The translations under genes and the position numbers were made by a program. Source: Mesotaenium endlicherianum (Eukaryota). From it: a stretch of 44,246 nt of DNA. Below the pieces are notes generated by a model that saw only the letters and a list, made by a program, of their open reading frames with translations, did not search any database and was not told where the DNA came from. Below are positions 25,141-37,308 of the stretch, in pieces. The DNA is taken from positions 257,751 to 301,996 of the forward strand of contig WELA01002449.1 of the NCBI GenBank assembly GCA_009602735.1, read 5' to 3'. Numbering within the stretch: the first letter of the stretch is position 1; each line of letters opens with the position of its first letter.

Positions 25141-27148
25141 CTGCTCGCGGCAAAAAAATAAAAAATTCGGACCACGATGTTTGGGAGTTACGTGATGCTT
25201 GCATGTTGCCCATGATGCCTCCACCTTCCCCAAAGGAGAGGACCATGTCACAACACACGACAGAAAGAGACCTCGGAAGGAAAACTAATCCTTTTGGGAA
25301 GAAATGACCGTTTAGAATTGCAGATTGCGATTGCTTGAGCACAGCAGTCCACCCATCGCCTGACTTGTCCACCAAAGGGGTGTGCAAGAGTGAGAGTGCA
25401 GCTAGAGGGCCAACTCCGGAAACACTTCAAACCAGCATGCAAAGGGCTAGCTGCTGCACATGCTACCCGCCAAACCCATACCATTAGTATGACCCTCGCC
25501 CCCGCAAGAAACAGGGAGCCTTAAACTTGCAACCCACAAGCTACCAATTTGCAAAGTAGCGTGGATCAGTACCAGAGAGGGCACCGAATAAACCAGCACC
25601 AGAGTCAGCACCAAAATATGAGCACCGGAGTCTACAACAGATGGCCAGCACCGGGGTCACCACCAGCACCAGCACCAGCACCAGCACAAGAGCCAGCACC
25701 AGCACCACCCACTTAAACCCAGTTCCGATGCGCCAGTGCGTGCAATCGGACAGGCAGGCGCCTGGCGACCGGGCGGGCAAAGGAGTGAGGGTGTGCGCGG
25801 TCTCACCACTCGCCGAGTTCGCGGCCGAAGCCGCTGCGCTTCTTGCCGCCCCACGGCGCCTGGCAGAAGCACGGCTGCGAGCAGTTGACCCACACGATGC
25901 CGCACTCCATCGCCTGCGCCGCCCCGCCCCGCCCGGCCCCGCCCAGCCCAGCGCCACCCGCCCGCCCGCCCCATGTAGATGCAAGCAGTGAGAGGGAAGC
26001 AGTAACAGCAGCAGCAACAGCAGCACCACCAGCCACTGCTGGTGGAGGATTGAAGCGAGCGAGTCCATGGGGGGTTTGCAGCACGCCGCAGCGAGCACGC
26101 AGAGATAAATATGGGACGGAGAATGTCGGGACATGATGTCGCGGCTGCAGCCCACAAGAGGCTTGTGTGGTGCGCGCAGCGAGTGCGTGTGTGTGCATGT
26201 GCGCAGACGTGTCTCTGTTTGAGTATGAGAGGGAGTATGTATCTATCTGCGCGAGCGTCCAAGTGGTGGGTAGCAGTGCTGAAGAAAAACACCTCGTTCC
26301 CATAGACAACGAGCGACGTGGGAGCGAACAGAGGCAGAAATTAGAAGGCTCAGAAAATAGCTTCTTTTTTTTGGGGGGGGGGGGGGGGGGGGNNNNNNNN
26401 NNNNNNNNNNNNNNNNNNNNNNNNNNNNNNGGGGGGAGGGGAGGTACCTCAACCACGCGTTGACACCTGGCTTCGTCCTTGGAGATCACGGCAGCCGCCA
26501 GCCCAAAGCTGCCAACCAAAGAGATCGAGGCAGACCCCACCCACAGGGGGGCGCCCAAGAGCCTCAAAAATGTCTCCACAGAATCTTCCAGCAGACTCCT
26601 GACCTAACCCTAGTCTACCCTATCTTCCCCCATAAGTCCAATCGTGGAACTGAAGCCGAGGAGCACTGCAGCCAGGCACGCAGGTTGCGCGGTGCTGAGC
26701 TGGCCCACCACAGGGTCCCTGATTGGTCTGAGAGAGCAAGAGCTGGAAGCACGCAAGCAGGCCTCCGATGCCACATGCGGGGAGGGAGAGGGGGGGATAT
26801 CAGGTCCATCAGGGGGCAGGTGCCATGTGGGCAGCAGGGATAGAGTGGAGTCGACGTGCGGGGGAGGAACGCGGAGGGCCTAAGACCCACGGACATGGTC
26901 GCCGGGACGAAGCGGAGGAGCGAATGGGGGACCTCAGGGAAATGTGAGTGTGATTGGTAAAGCAAGGAGGTTGGGAGCGAGGAGCGCCATTGTCACCCTC
27001 AAGGCGTCTTGAATCTCGTGTGCGTGTGTGTGTGTGTGTGCGTGCGCGCATGGTTACTGTCTGTAGAAGATACTCAAGGGACTGTCCTGTAACTACGCCT
27101 CCTACTGCATGTGGCAGGCAGGGGCAGCTGTCCCAATACCCTCCTCTT

Positions 27149-27237
<89 letters not shown>

Positions 27238-30200
27238 ATGCGCGACGCACGTGGTGTCGTTGGCGACGTCGATGGCCTCCTCCTCCGTCTTGAAGGTGGT
27301 GAGTGCGAGCACGGGCCCAAACACCTCCTCGCGCCAGATCTTCATGTGCGGGGCCACTTGGAGCACCGTGGGCTCCACATAGAATCCCGTCGGCAGGTGC
27401 TGCCACCCCCCGCATGCGCGCGTGTGCAAAGAACAAAGTCAGAGGATAATTTGGACCATAGCCCACAAGGGAAGCTACTGCACTGCGAAGGCCCCCCTGA
27501 ACAAAAAGGCTCCCACAGATTTGAGCATGGCAATACTTGAGATCGCTTTGGCAGAGGTTTTACACACGTAAAGACTTAAAATTTGAAGGGGGAGGGGGGG
27601 AGGGAGGGTGGCAGGAGAGGGCAGGGCANNNNNNNNNNNNNNNNNNNNNNNNNNNNGTGGCAGGAGAGGGCAGGGCAGGCTGGGGGTGGAGGGGGGGCAC
27701 CAGATTGTAAAAAAATTAATCCCAAAAATTATCTCTCACTCTCTCCATCCCTCTCTCTCCTTCTCTCAGTCATCCTCTCAGTACAGGCACAGAGAGAAGC
27801 GCTGGGGGACAAGCTGCTCAACATGACATGTACACACAACATATGGCAGCCCCGGCTTCGACCAGGGTCAGGCATGCTCATTGAGAATTGGCACGCAATC
27901 GGGGTAAGGCGTTGCACACATGTGGGCGCATGCACAACTCCCTCACTGGCGCGAGAAACGCCATTGATGTAGTACAACCACGCAGCAGCAGCAGCAGCAG
28001 CAATAGTGGCAACACAGGCCTCGGCAAGTGAGCAAAGGAGGTTCCACACTCGCTCTCTATTTCCCTCCATCCACCCCTCCCTCCCCCCCTCTCTCTCTTA
28101 TACACACATGCGCACACACATGCGCACACACACACACGCTCGCACACGCATTTTCTCATGGAATGTGATAAAATCCAAAAATTCACGTTTTGGGGACTGG
28201 GGTTTGAAGTTATCGTTTTAGGCCCTAACCCCTCACTTGTAATGCCTGTAGACACAGTGCAAGTTGCAGGTCTAGCGCTGGAGAGGGAGATGACGCCAAC
28301 AGACAGAGTCACATTCACAGAAGCGTCGCACACATGTCAGGTGCACTCCCAGGATAGTTGGGCAAAGAGAGGGGAAATTTGTGGAGAGAGGAGGCGAGAA
28401 AGAGAGAGAGAATGGGCTTACGGCAGGCCGCTTTCCACCCGCCAGCACGACAGCTCCCTCTTGTTTGGCGCCGTCAATGTGCGCCATCACCTTCTTGTAC
28501 TGCCCCCATTGCAACCCCCGCGATGCGGCAGCAGAAGAACACACACACGGAAGGAGAGGGCGTGCAGGCCGCCAGAAGGAACACATCAGCTTAGCCGTTT
28601 CTTCCACATAGTCAGGGCTTAAGCGTGGAGGTTTAAAAATTAGGGTTAGAGTCTGCAACAGTCGGCAGACAGAAAGACGTCCTGCCTGCGTTGCAGGCGC
28701 GACAGCTAGCAAGACGTGCGTGCGCACAGAGTGGCCCCAGAGGGGAGGGAGCCAGCATCGACTGATGGCTCTGTTTGAATGTTGCGACGCATTAGAAGTC
28801 GAGCAAAGGATGATACTTTCGCCAATGTCAGCACTGCGTGTTGCGCAAAAAAGTCAACGGGAGCAGACATTACTGCAACAGAACTGGCGATAAAACTGCA
28901 GATATATTGATCGTGGTTTCAGAAAGAATCACGACAGCTGTCAGCCTATGACACAGGGAGCTGTTCCTGTGCCTTGTGCACGGGCGCCAACCCGCAATCC
29001 ACACAACAGGTGGCGTGCACGGGCAGCAAAGCCGCAGCCATGGCCACCTTGCTTTGGCCTGCGACTTGCTTGCAAATACCATGGGCGGGCATACCCAGCA
29101 GGCACAGTCCTGAAAGTAGGAAGAGAGAACAGGCAACAGAGAAGAGGGCGGACCCCCAACCCTGCTGCTGCTGCTGCTGCTGCTGCGGCAGGGACCAGTC
29201 ACAGACCCCCCCCCACAGTATCCCAGACACCCCCCCCTTGCCCACCTGCGCCTCGCTGACGATGGGGCCTAGGCGGCAGTCCTTCTCCAGGGGATGCGAG
29301 GTGCGGATGCTCCGCGCCCACTCCACCAGCCGCGCTTTGAACTTCTCCGCAATGCCCTCCTGTGCGATTTTTCGCCCCCGCACCCCCCCGCCCCCCCACC
29401 CGGCCGCCCCCGACCCCAGTCCTCTCAGCCACGTCCCGGTCAGAGGGAAGAAGGCGCCGTGCTCGTGAGATCGCCGAGCAGCTCCAGGTGGCATCATCCG
29501 GGGGCTTGATAGAAATTCACAGCCACAGCTCGTGGCTACTAGCAGCTTGCTCCTCCCCGCGTGGAGGCGCACTGGCGCAGCGCGGGGAGCCAAGGAGCAG
29601 GCGACACCAGAACAGATGATAGCCCATTAGGTTAGACCAGATAGGGGCCTAGCAGGTCAGCTTGGATGACACCTTGAATTCAAGGAATGACAGAGACGCG
29701 CGAGCTTCGCCATATATGGAATCCCGCCCGCGCCCTTTAGAACAGCGGCATTGACAGGGCAGGGAAGGCAGTGGGCACTGTCATTCCTCCAGAAAGCAGA
29801 AGTTTGCAGGCAAGGGCAAGCAAGGGGCAAGCAATTGCGCAAGCTGCGCAACGAGCCGCAAGTGGAGCAGCCGTGCCCCGAGGCCGCCTCAGCAGACAGA
29901 GCGCCTCTCAGGAGGCCCTCAACGAGCGACCCCTGGCGCGCTCCAGGCCAACACAAGCTCTCCCAGCTCCCTTTCTGGCAGCTGCAGGCGGCCCAGGGCC
30001 AGGTGGCAGGGTGTAAGGTGCAGGGGAAGGAGGAGGCAGGCGGGGACCTGCAAGAGGAGGCGGGAGGTGGAGGAGCAGATCTGGCCGTTGGTCCAGAAGC
30101 ACCCGAACATCGCCCACTCCACAGCTGTCGCCAGCAGGCACAGCCGCCACATGCCCACACATCCGTGCCACCGCCCCGCAGGTGAGAGCCAGAGGAGGTG

Positions 30201-33200
30201 TCATGACGAGCATTGCAGCAGCTAAAACCCAAACCTACAGCAGGCAAACCCTACACCCCCCAGCAGACAAACCCCAAATTCCTGAAACAGATACGCCCTG
30301 TGTTGCAAGCCAGGGGGGGGGGAGGGGCGGGGAGGAGGCTGAAAAGAGCATCTCCTCCAGCATAGAGAGAGGTTCAGTGAGAGAGAGCAGCCAGTAGCCA
30401 TTCTGTTCTTGCCAAAGGGGCAAAAGAAAAGCAGGCGCCATGTGCACGTAAAGAGTTGCGGCTAGTTGACAAACGCCAAGTCGCCCATCCAACCGCTGAC
30501 CAGCAGGCGCGCAAACGCGCGGGCAGGCGGGCGGGCGGGCGGGCGGGGAAGGCCCACCAGGGAGAGGTGAAGGGGAGGTCGGAGAGGGAAGAGGAGTTGG
30601 CGTATAGCAGCAGGGGATGCGGCGCACCTGTGTCGATGTCGGCGTCATCAAACACGATGATGGGGCTCTTGCCGCCCAGCTCCAGCGTTGACGGCTGCGA
30701 CAAAAACCATCCTCGACGCGGGTGAGCGGGCGGGCAGGGTGGGCGAATGGGCGGATGGCCGAACGGGTGGGTGGCCGGGCAGGCGGGGGCTAGGAGAGGG
30801 GGAGCCTTTTGCGTGTGAGTGGGGTTTTAAGATTTAGGAGAGCAGCGGCAACTCGAGACAAGATAGATGCATTGTTAGACATGAATTCTGAAGTTGGGCA
30901 AGCACGCTCAGTCTCCGAGTGGGCGCTGGGGTATCGCGCGGTGCCGCCCAGCCGGTAGCTGGGGTGCGCACAGGCGAGACACGTGTCAAAGACAGCCGAG
31001 ACGGGAGCAACGTCAGAGACACAACCCTAAGGCAGTCACCATCCGCAATTGCCCACTCGTTGCAAACAGAGTTGTATAAGAATGAGCACTGCAGTAGCCA
31101 GCACCCGGCGGAAGCGCGATTCCGCATTGCGTCAAGTCAGCACAGCACCTCTTCCCAGCTGCGGCAGCCCCCAGCAGGAGGGGGAGTCAGAAGGCAAGCT
31201 CAGGAAGCCGGGTGCACGAGAGCATGCAGGCGGAGCTCCCCTCAGACGCCCCTCGGAGGAGTCGGGGCTCTGCCTGGGCCTCGGGAGGCCATGCAACAGT
31301 CCAGGCCAACCAACGTGGGCACGCATGCAGTCAGTGACGTGTCGCGTAGACCCTTCCAGAGTTCCACGCCCCGCCGTTTTGCCGCCCCGCCGCCCAGCTG
31401 TACCCGTGCCGGCCGGTGTGCGCGCTCGCGTACTAGTGCGGGCAGGTGGAGGGTGGGCAGCGGCAGGTGGGGGGTGGGCGGCGAAAATAACAGCACAATC
31501 TCTCCCATGCACGCGCGCGTACCTTGAGGCCGTCAGCGGCCGCCAGCGCGACAGCCCGGCCGGTCGTGGTGCTCCCTGTGAATGCCACCTGTCGCAGCAA
31601 GAGGACAGAGAGCGGGAAAAGAGGCCAGGCAGGTCGGAACAAGTCGGGAGACAAGAACAAGACTCCCCTCCGACTATACATCATCCCAAAACAGGAGGTC
31701 TGTAAGACTATGGCCCCCCGCAGTCGAAATGGAACACCCGCACTCGTACAACGGTGGCGAGGGTGTTAGCGGAAGTCGTTATAACGAGGGGGCCGGGGGA
31801 CTTGCATGGTGCCAACTTCCTCTCCTCTCCTCTCTTCTCCTCACCTTCCTTTTCCTCGTTTTCCTTCCCTCATTTCTCCCTCCTCGCTCCAGTGGTTGCC
31901 CACCCTCTTGCGGCAAACAAAAGCGGAGCCCCCCCTCCTCCCCCTTCCCCCCTCCCGCAGAGGTAAAGAGCAGGCAACCAGAGTAGGGGAAAGATGAGGA
32001 GAGCAACGACGACAAAGAACGGTGATGACGATGATGACAATGATGATGCTGGCAGTGGGGAGAGCGCACCTTGTCGACGTCGGGGTGGGCCGAGAGGGGG
32101 GCGCCCGCGTCGGGGCCGTAGCCCGTTACCACGTTGAGCACGCCAGCTGGCAGGCCCACGTCGTGCGCGATGGCCGCCAGCTCCAGGCACGTGCTGCCCC
32201 CGCGGGTCCCCGACGCGCCGCCACACGCCCCACACGCCACATGCCACATGCCACGCGCGTCACACGCCGCCACGTGTCAGTACAGCCTGCTGGGTATGTC
32301 CACATCGCCGCCAGGCTCTCCTTAACATCTTGCCAGGTTCCTCCGCTCTCATCCCCAGAGTACGCCCAGCCTCCTCTCCAAGCCACCAGCGCAAACTAGC
32401 TGCCAGAGAGCGCCCTTGTCCCCTATCTTTGTTCGTAGGAGAAAGGGGGGTTCGGGGGTTGGGGGGGGAAANNNNNNNNNNNNNNNNNNNNNNNNNNNNN
32501 NNNNNNNNNNNNNNNNNNNNNNNNNNNNNNNNNNNNGGGGGGGGGGTGCGAGTATGTGTGGGGGAGCACGAGGAGGGAGTGGGAGCAGGACGGGGCGGGG
32601 GGGAGAGAAGAGTTATCTCAGCTTCAGAAGCTCTGGGTGCAATGAGTGTGTGCAAGGGCACGAGTGTGCGAGCAAGAGCAGGCATAGGAGAAGAAGGAGA
32701 GCGAGAGCAAGCAACGTGTGGAAGGACATGCAGGTCTTCTGGCTGAGGCCATTACAGGCACAACAAGTGTCAGTCCCACGGAGTGGCGCTCTAACAACGA
32801 GGCAACGGCGCTCCCCTCTGCGCGCCTGCTGGCAGGGGGCTGGGGCGCAGGGCTTGAAGTGGTCCCCTTGACAATTTCAAAAAAGCCCCACCTTCTGCTC
32901 CAGAGCAACACAGGGGCAGCCGCGTGCGTGGATGCGAGCGGGCAGGAGAGTGCGTGGGAGGAAGAACGGGTGGGCGAGGGAGTGGGTGTCCAAGAAAATG
33001 GGTGCGTAAGAGAGTCCGTTAGACAGAGAGAGAGAGAGGGCCAGGGAGGGTTGAGGGCGAGTGGGTGGGGGGGGGTCGAGANNNNNNNNNNNNNNNNNNN
33101 NNNNNNNNNNNNNNNNNNNNNNNNNNNNNNNNNNNNNNNNNNNNNNNNNNNNNNNNNNNNNNNNNNNNNNNNNNNNNNNNNNNNNNNNNNNNNNNNNNNN

Positions 33201-36200
33201 NNNNNNNNNNNNNNNNNNNNNNNNNNNNNNNNNNNNNNNNNNNNNNNNNNNNNNNNNNNNNNNNNNNNNNNNNNNNNNNNNNNNNNNNNNNNNNNNNNNN
33301 NNNNNNNNNNNNNNNNNNNNNNNNNNNNNNNNNNNNNNNNNNNNNNNNNNNNNNNNNNNNNNNNNNNNNNNNNNNNNNNNNNNNNNNNNNNNNNNNNNNN
33401 NNNNNNNNNNNNNNNNNNNNNNNNNNNNNNNNNNNNNNNNNNNNNNNNNNNNNNNNNNNNNNNNNNNNNNNNNNNNNNNNNNNNNNNNNNNNNNNNNNNN
33501 NNNNNNNNNGGCAGGGGAGGAGGGGGAGGGGGGGGGAGGGGAGGCACCAGGGGGTGATGAGGGCGACGACGCCGAGGGCCTCTTTGCGGATGCTGCACTT
33601 GAAGGTGTCCATAGGCAGCGCCAGCGGGGCGTCCTGCTTGGCGTCCAGCCCCTCTGCCAGGCCGGCGTAGTACTCGAAGCACCCCGCCACGTCGTCCTGC
33701 GGTCCCCCCCCCCAGTCCCCGCGCCATCCGGCACGACCCCGCCGCCCCGCCGCGCCCCGCCGCCCAACCCCGCTTTTCAGTATCAGGAGAGCTTCTATGG
33801 CAGGGGCAAGATTGAGAAGCAGATGAAAGCAGTTAAGTTCCTTTGCAAGTGCCCTCCCCATCCCCCTCCCTCTACCTCTACCCCTAACCCTCATCCTACC
33901 CCTCACCCTCCTCCTCAACCTACCACCCGCCCTCTTTCTTGCACCTCCCCTTCCCCCTCTCTCTCCACTGTGGGTCCCGGGGAAGAAGAAACAAGCTCCC
34001 TCAGACTCTGGGAGCTTTTGCCGATGTGGTGTCTTTTCACAAGCCAATTTCTGTGGCAACGAGCACTCTCTGCTCATACAGTTGGTCCACACAAGTCACA
34101 CAAGCATTCCCCTCGAAGACAAAGCAGAAACACCTCCCACTCCCCTCCCCTCCCCTCTCGCAAGTAATCCCAAAAATGGAGAGAGAAAAGGCCCCAACCA
34201 GCCCACCTTGAATTCCCCGCGAACGTCCCTGGGAAGTGGGCCCGCCACATGTCCTCCCCAGGCATGCAGGGCCGCCCGCTGAGCTGGAGGCATCCATGCG
34301 TGAGGGACTGACGCAGGCACCGGTGGCAGCCCCCCTCCCCCCCCGCCTCATAAGAAGGGAGCGAGCAGCAGCTGAAAGCACACGACTGCTGAGAGCCCAT
34401 GCAAGAGTCAGCGAGACTGCACGCGTGAGCGCAAGCGCACGCGTGCATGGGCGCGCGCGCGCGAGGAGGGTCTCACCAGGTCCCACTCGGACTCGTCCAG
34501 GGGCTTGCCCATGTCCAAGGACTCCAGCTGCGCCAGCTCCAGCTTCCTCTCCACCACCTGCCCCCCCTCCAACCCCTCCCCCCGGAACGCGCACACGCCC
34601 ACGCACAAACACGACAGAAACACGCGGAAAGCCATGCATGAGAGAGGGAAGGCGAGACGGGGAGAGAGGGAGGAAGAGAAAGAGGGGAAAGGGGAGGGGG
34701 AGAGAGGAGGGGGGAAAGAGAGGAAGAGAGAGAGAGAGAGAGAGAGACGACATAGAGAAGTGCTAGTAGGGGCTGCGGGAGAAGCTGGGGATGATGCATG
34801 TACAGGGCGCATAAGGGCGAGACAAAATACTCGTTGAGAGAAAGTATTTATGAATCGGGCCATGGAATCGGGAGGGCAGAGAGAGCTCTGATTGGGGCCA
34901 AGAGAGTGGAAGAACAGCCCTGATTGGGCCCGTCATACATAATATAAGATTCTCTGATAGCGCGCTGGCTGAGGAACAGGGCCTCCTGGCAGCCCCACAC
35001 ACACACACGCACGCGTGCGCGAGCGCATGTGCGCACAGAGAGAGCCGATTGCAGTTGGCAGACAAAGGGCTCACAGGCAGGTTTCACACGGTTGCACAAG
35101 TTTCCAGACGAGTCCCCGTGCCCCTGCCACATGGCACAGCACAGCGCGTCCTCCCTGCGCCACAACGGGTACCCACTGTCCCCCCACCCCGTCCCTGTCC
35201 TCCGGGGGGCACCCTTTGCCCTTCTTGATGAATTTCGCAAGCCATGTGTGTCCCATACGAGAAAAGAGGAAACAAAAAAGTGAAAGAAAGTGAACAGAAC
35301 ACGACGAGACAGCTGTGCACACAGAGAAATCGCCTAAGCACGATGGCAGCAAGCGCAAGCGGGCGGGCGGGCAGCAGGGCGGGTAGCAGCAGCCCCTCTA
35401 GACAGCGCGGGAAGGGAGAACGAGCCAGCATGTCCTGCCACCTGTCGCCCCCTCACGCGAGCATGCAATGTCACATGCTCTCCTCCCCAGCGCCCGCCCC
35501 TCCTACCCCCCCTCCCCCCCTTTCCTTCCCCCCCGCACCCAACNNNNNNNNNNNNNNNNNNNNNNNNNNNNNNNNNNNNNNNNNNNNNNNNNNNNNNNNN
35601 NNNNNNNNNNNNNNNNNNNNNCCCCCCCTTTCGTGCGTTTGCTCTTCTCTTCGCCCACCTTGGCAGCGATGGCTCGCAGAAACTTGGCGCGGTAGGCGCC
35701 CGTGGTTTTGGGCCAATCGCGGCCCCTGTTGCGCGCATAGGCGGAGCGAGCAGCCCGCACTGCCGCGTCCACATCCTCCGGCCCGCCCGCCGGGATCGTG
35801 CCTGCACCGACTCAGAGAGGGAGAAAGAGAGGGAGAGAGAGAGAGGTCCCGCACGCCAGCCACAACGTGCCACATGTCAGACTTTGCCGGGTCGAAGCAG
35901 GTCGCGGGGACGTGAGGCTGGGGATGCGAGCAAGCTTGCGCAGGAGGGAGAGAACAAGGGGGAGGAGGGGGAGAAGGACGGCGAGGAGGAGGAGGAGGAG
36001 GAGGAGGAGGAGGAGGAGGAGGGAACCAGTAAAGTGCCTCACAAGAGCAGTAGCAGGAAGGCACAACTTTTTCTTGCCACAGCCCACGCTGTCATGGTCA
36101 ACTCCCGCCCCTCTCGATTACATGACACGCTGCTTCAAGTGGCAGGTCGTCGGCCGGAGGCACGGCCCGCTCACAGCAGTCTCCTCGACGAGCCAGCGAG

Positions 36201-37308
36201 AGGTCATGCTTTTCTCTCTCAGCTTCCGGCCTCCGCCCCCCCCGTGTGTGTGAGTGCCGGAATCGCCCAGGACGACGAGAGAGAGGCTATGACAAGCCAG
36301 TAATGGGGGCTCGCAACTTTCCCTTTGCGTGTTGCCCTCGACCCCCCCCCATGAGTGCATGAAGGCCCAGGCAGAGGTGATGAGTCCATCTATGGAGCAG
36401 AAGAGTAGAAGAGGACTGGCATCGAAGTGCACACTTGATGGCCCCCATCCTGAGGGGGGCAGCAGCCAGGAAAGTCGGTAAGCATCGCGTGTTCATGCAC
36501 GTGAGCGGCTAGGATTCACCAGCTGTCACCCTTTCACTCTCTACTCTTACTCCCTTACTCTGCCGCCCTCTTGCCCTCTTGCCCTCTTCAGTGTCTCACA
36601 CCAATTGCTCCATGATGGCGTCTTGAAGGCAATTCCCGTCCTCCACAAGCACGTTGTGCACACGCAGGGAAAAGAACATGCGGCTACTGCTGCTGTCGAA
36701 GGGGGTGTTAGCTCCGTTGAAAAGTGATTTTCGTATATGCTGACTCCACTAGATTGACTTCGCACACTCGTCAGCAACCTCCTGAGTGAAGGGACGGTGT
36801 AGATGCAGGCTCGTATCCAATCTACGGCAGGTCCATGCAGCTAAGCCACATGCTGCAGCCTGGGGCTATACCTAGCTACTGCACCACTTTGAGTTTGAAT
36901 ATTGCCTAACCATGCTTAGCGTTTGGAAGACCAAAAAAATGACGATCTTTGAGAGAACAAGCACATCAGAGCGATATCATCTGCGCTCAGGGTTGGCATA
37001 AGGATATTAGATGTGGGGAGAACTCAGCACTTGATTGAATAAGCCGGGATATATCAAGTCTTGGACGTTTGAGCGCTCGAAGGGAATATAATATGGAACC
37101 CTTGAGCAGATGCTTAGCCATGCAATTGCATGCGTACAAACAACAAATTTAGAGACATGATGTGAGTGGTGTTTCAAAATAAAAGTCACAATTTCTTACC
37201 AATCGTTTCCTCCGTTGCAGGATTTACCACCGGTATGCGGTCATTCTTAGCAGGTGCGACCCACTTTCCGCCTATGTACAGCTCCCTCGTGGGCACGGTT
37301 GGAGCCAT
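25050..37308 (-). CDS. ALDH10: Aminoaldehyde / betaine-aldehyde dehydrogenase (ALDH10 family), 15-exon gene, exon 5 presumed hidden in an N gap
   Basis: 14 GT-AG exons (1416 nt) join with consistent phase except for the missing exon 5. Motifs: [18 protein letters not shown] (catalytic Glu), [12 protein letters not shown] (catalytic Cys), [30 protein letters not shown]-terminal SKL. Adding a typical ~93-nt exon 5 gives ~502 aa. Confidence 0.96.
25807..25913 (-). CDS. ALDH10: ALDH10 exon 14
   Basis: [35 protein letters not shown](W). Confidence 0.93.
26448..26508 (-). CDS. ALDH10: ALDH10 exon 13
   Basis: [20 protein letters not shown]. Confidence 0.92.
27151..27236. repeat. Compound microsatellite (AC)20(AG)23 in ALDH10 intron 12
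   Basis: Read directly from the sequence. Confidence 0.95.
27251..27399 (-). CDS. ALDH10: ALDH10 exon 12
   Basis: [49 protein letters not shown](T). Confidence 0.93.
28422..28499 (-). CDS. ALDH10: ALDH10 exon 11
   Basis: [26 protein letters not shown]. Confidence 0.93.
29246..29359 (-). CDS. ALDH10: ALDH10 exon 10
   Basis: [38 protein letters not shown]. Confidence 0.93.
30048..30124 (-). CDS. ALDH10: ALDH10 exon 9
   Basis: [25 protein letters not shown], containing the catalytic Cys. Confidence 0.93.
30628..30694 (-). CDS. ALDH10: ALDH10 exon 8
   Basis: [22 protein letters not shown](A). Confidence 0.93.
31523..31588 (-). CDS. ALDH10: ALDH10 exon 7
   Basis: [22 protein letters not shown]. 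Confidence 0.93.
32070..32193 (-). CDS. ALDH10: ALDH10 exon 6
   Basis: [41 protein letters not shown]. Confidence 0.93.
33548..33696 (-). CDS. ALDH10: ALDH10 exon 4
   Basis: [49 protein letters not shown](W). Confidence 0.93.
34477..34557 (-). CDS. ALDH10: ALDH10 exon 3
   Basis: [35 protein letters not shown]. Confidence 0.93.
35659..35801 (-). CDS. ALDH10: ALDH10 exon 2
   Basis: [51 protein letters not shown] bounded. Confidence 0.93.
35983..36021. repeat. (GAG)13 microsatellite in ALDH10 intron 1
   Basis: Read directly from the sequence. Confidence 0.95.
37200..37308 (-). CDS. ALDH10: ALDH10 exon 1
   Basis: ATG at 37308; [36 protein letters not shown](G); donor GTAAGA. Confidence 0.93.

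Noticed and set aside
25541..36500. Numerous long overlapping ORFs in the ORF track
   Set aside because: They are explained by stop-poor GC-rich introns, microsatellites and N gaps; only the ALDH10 exon segments match a protein family.
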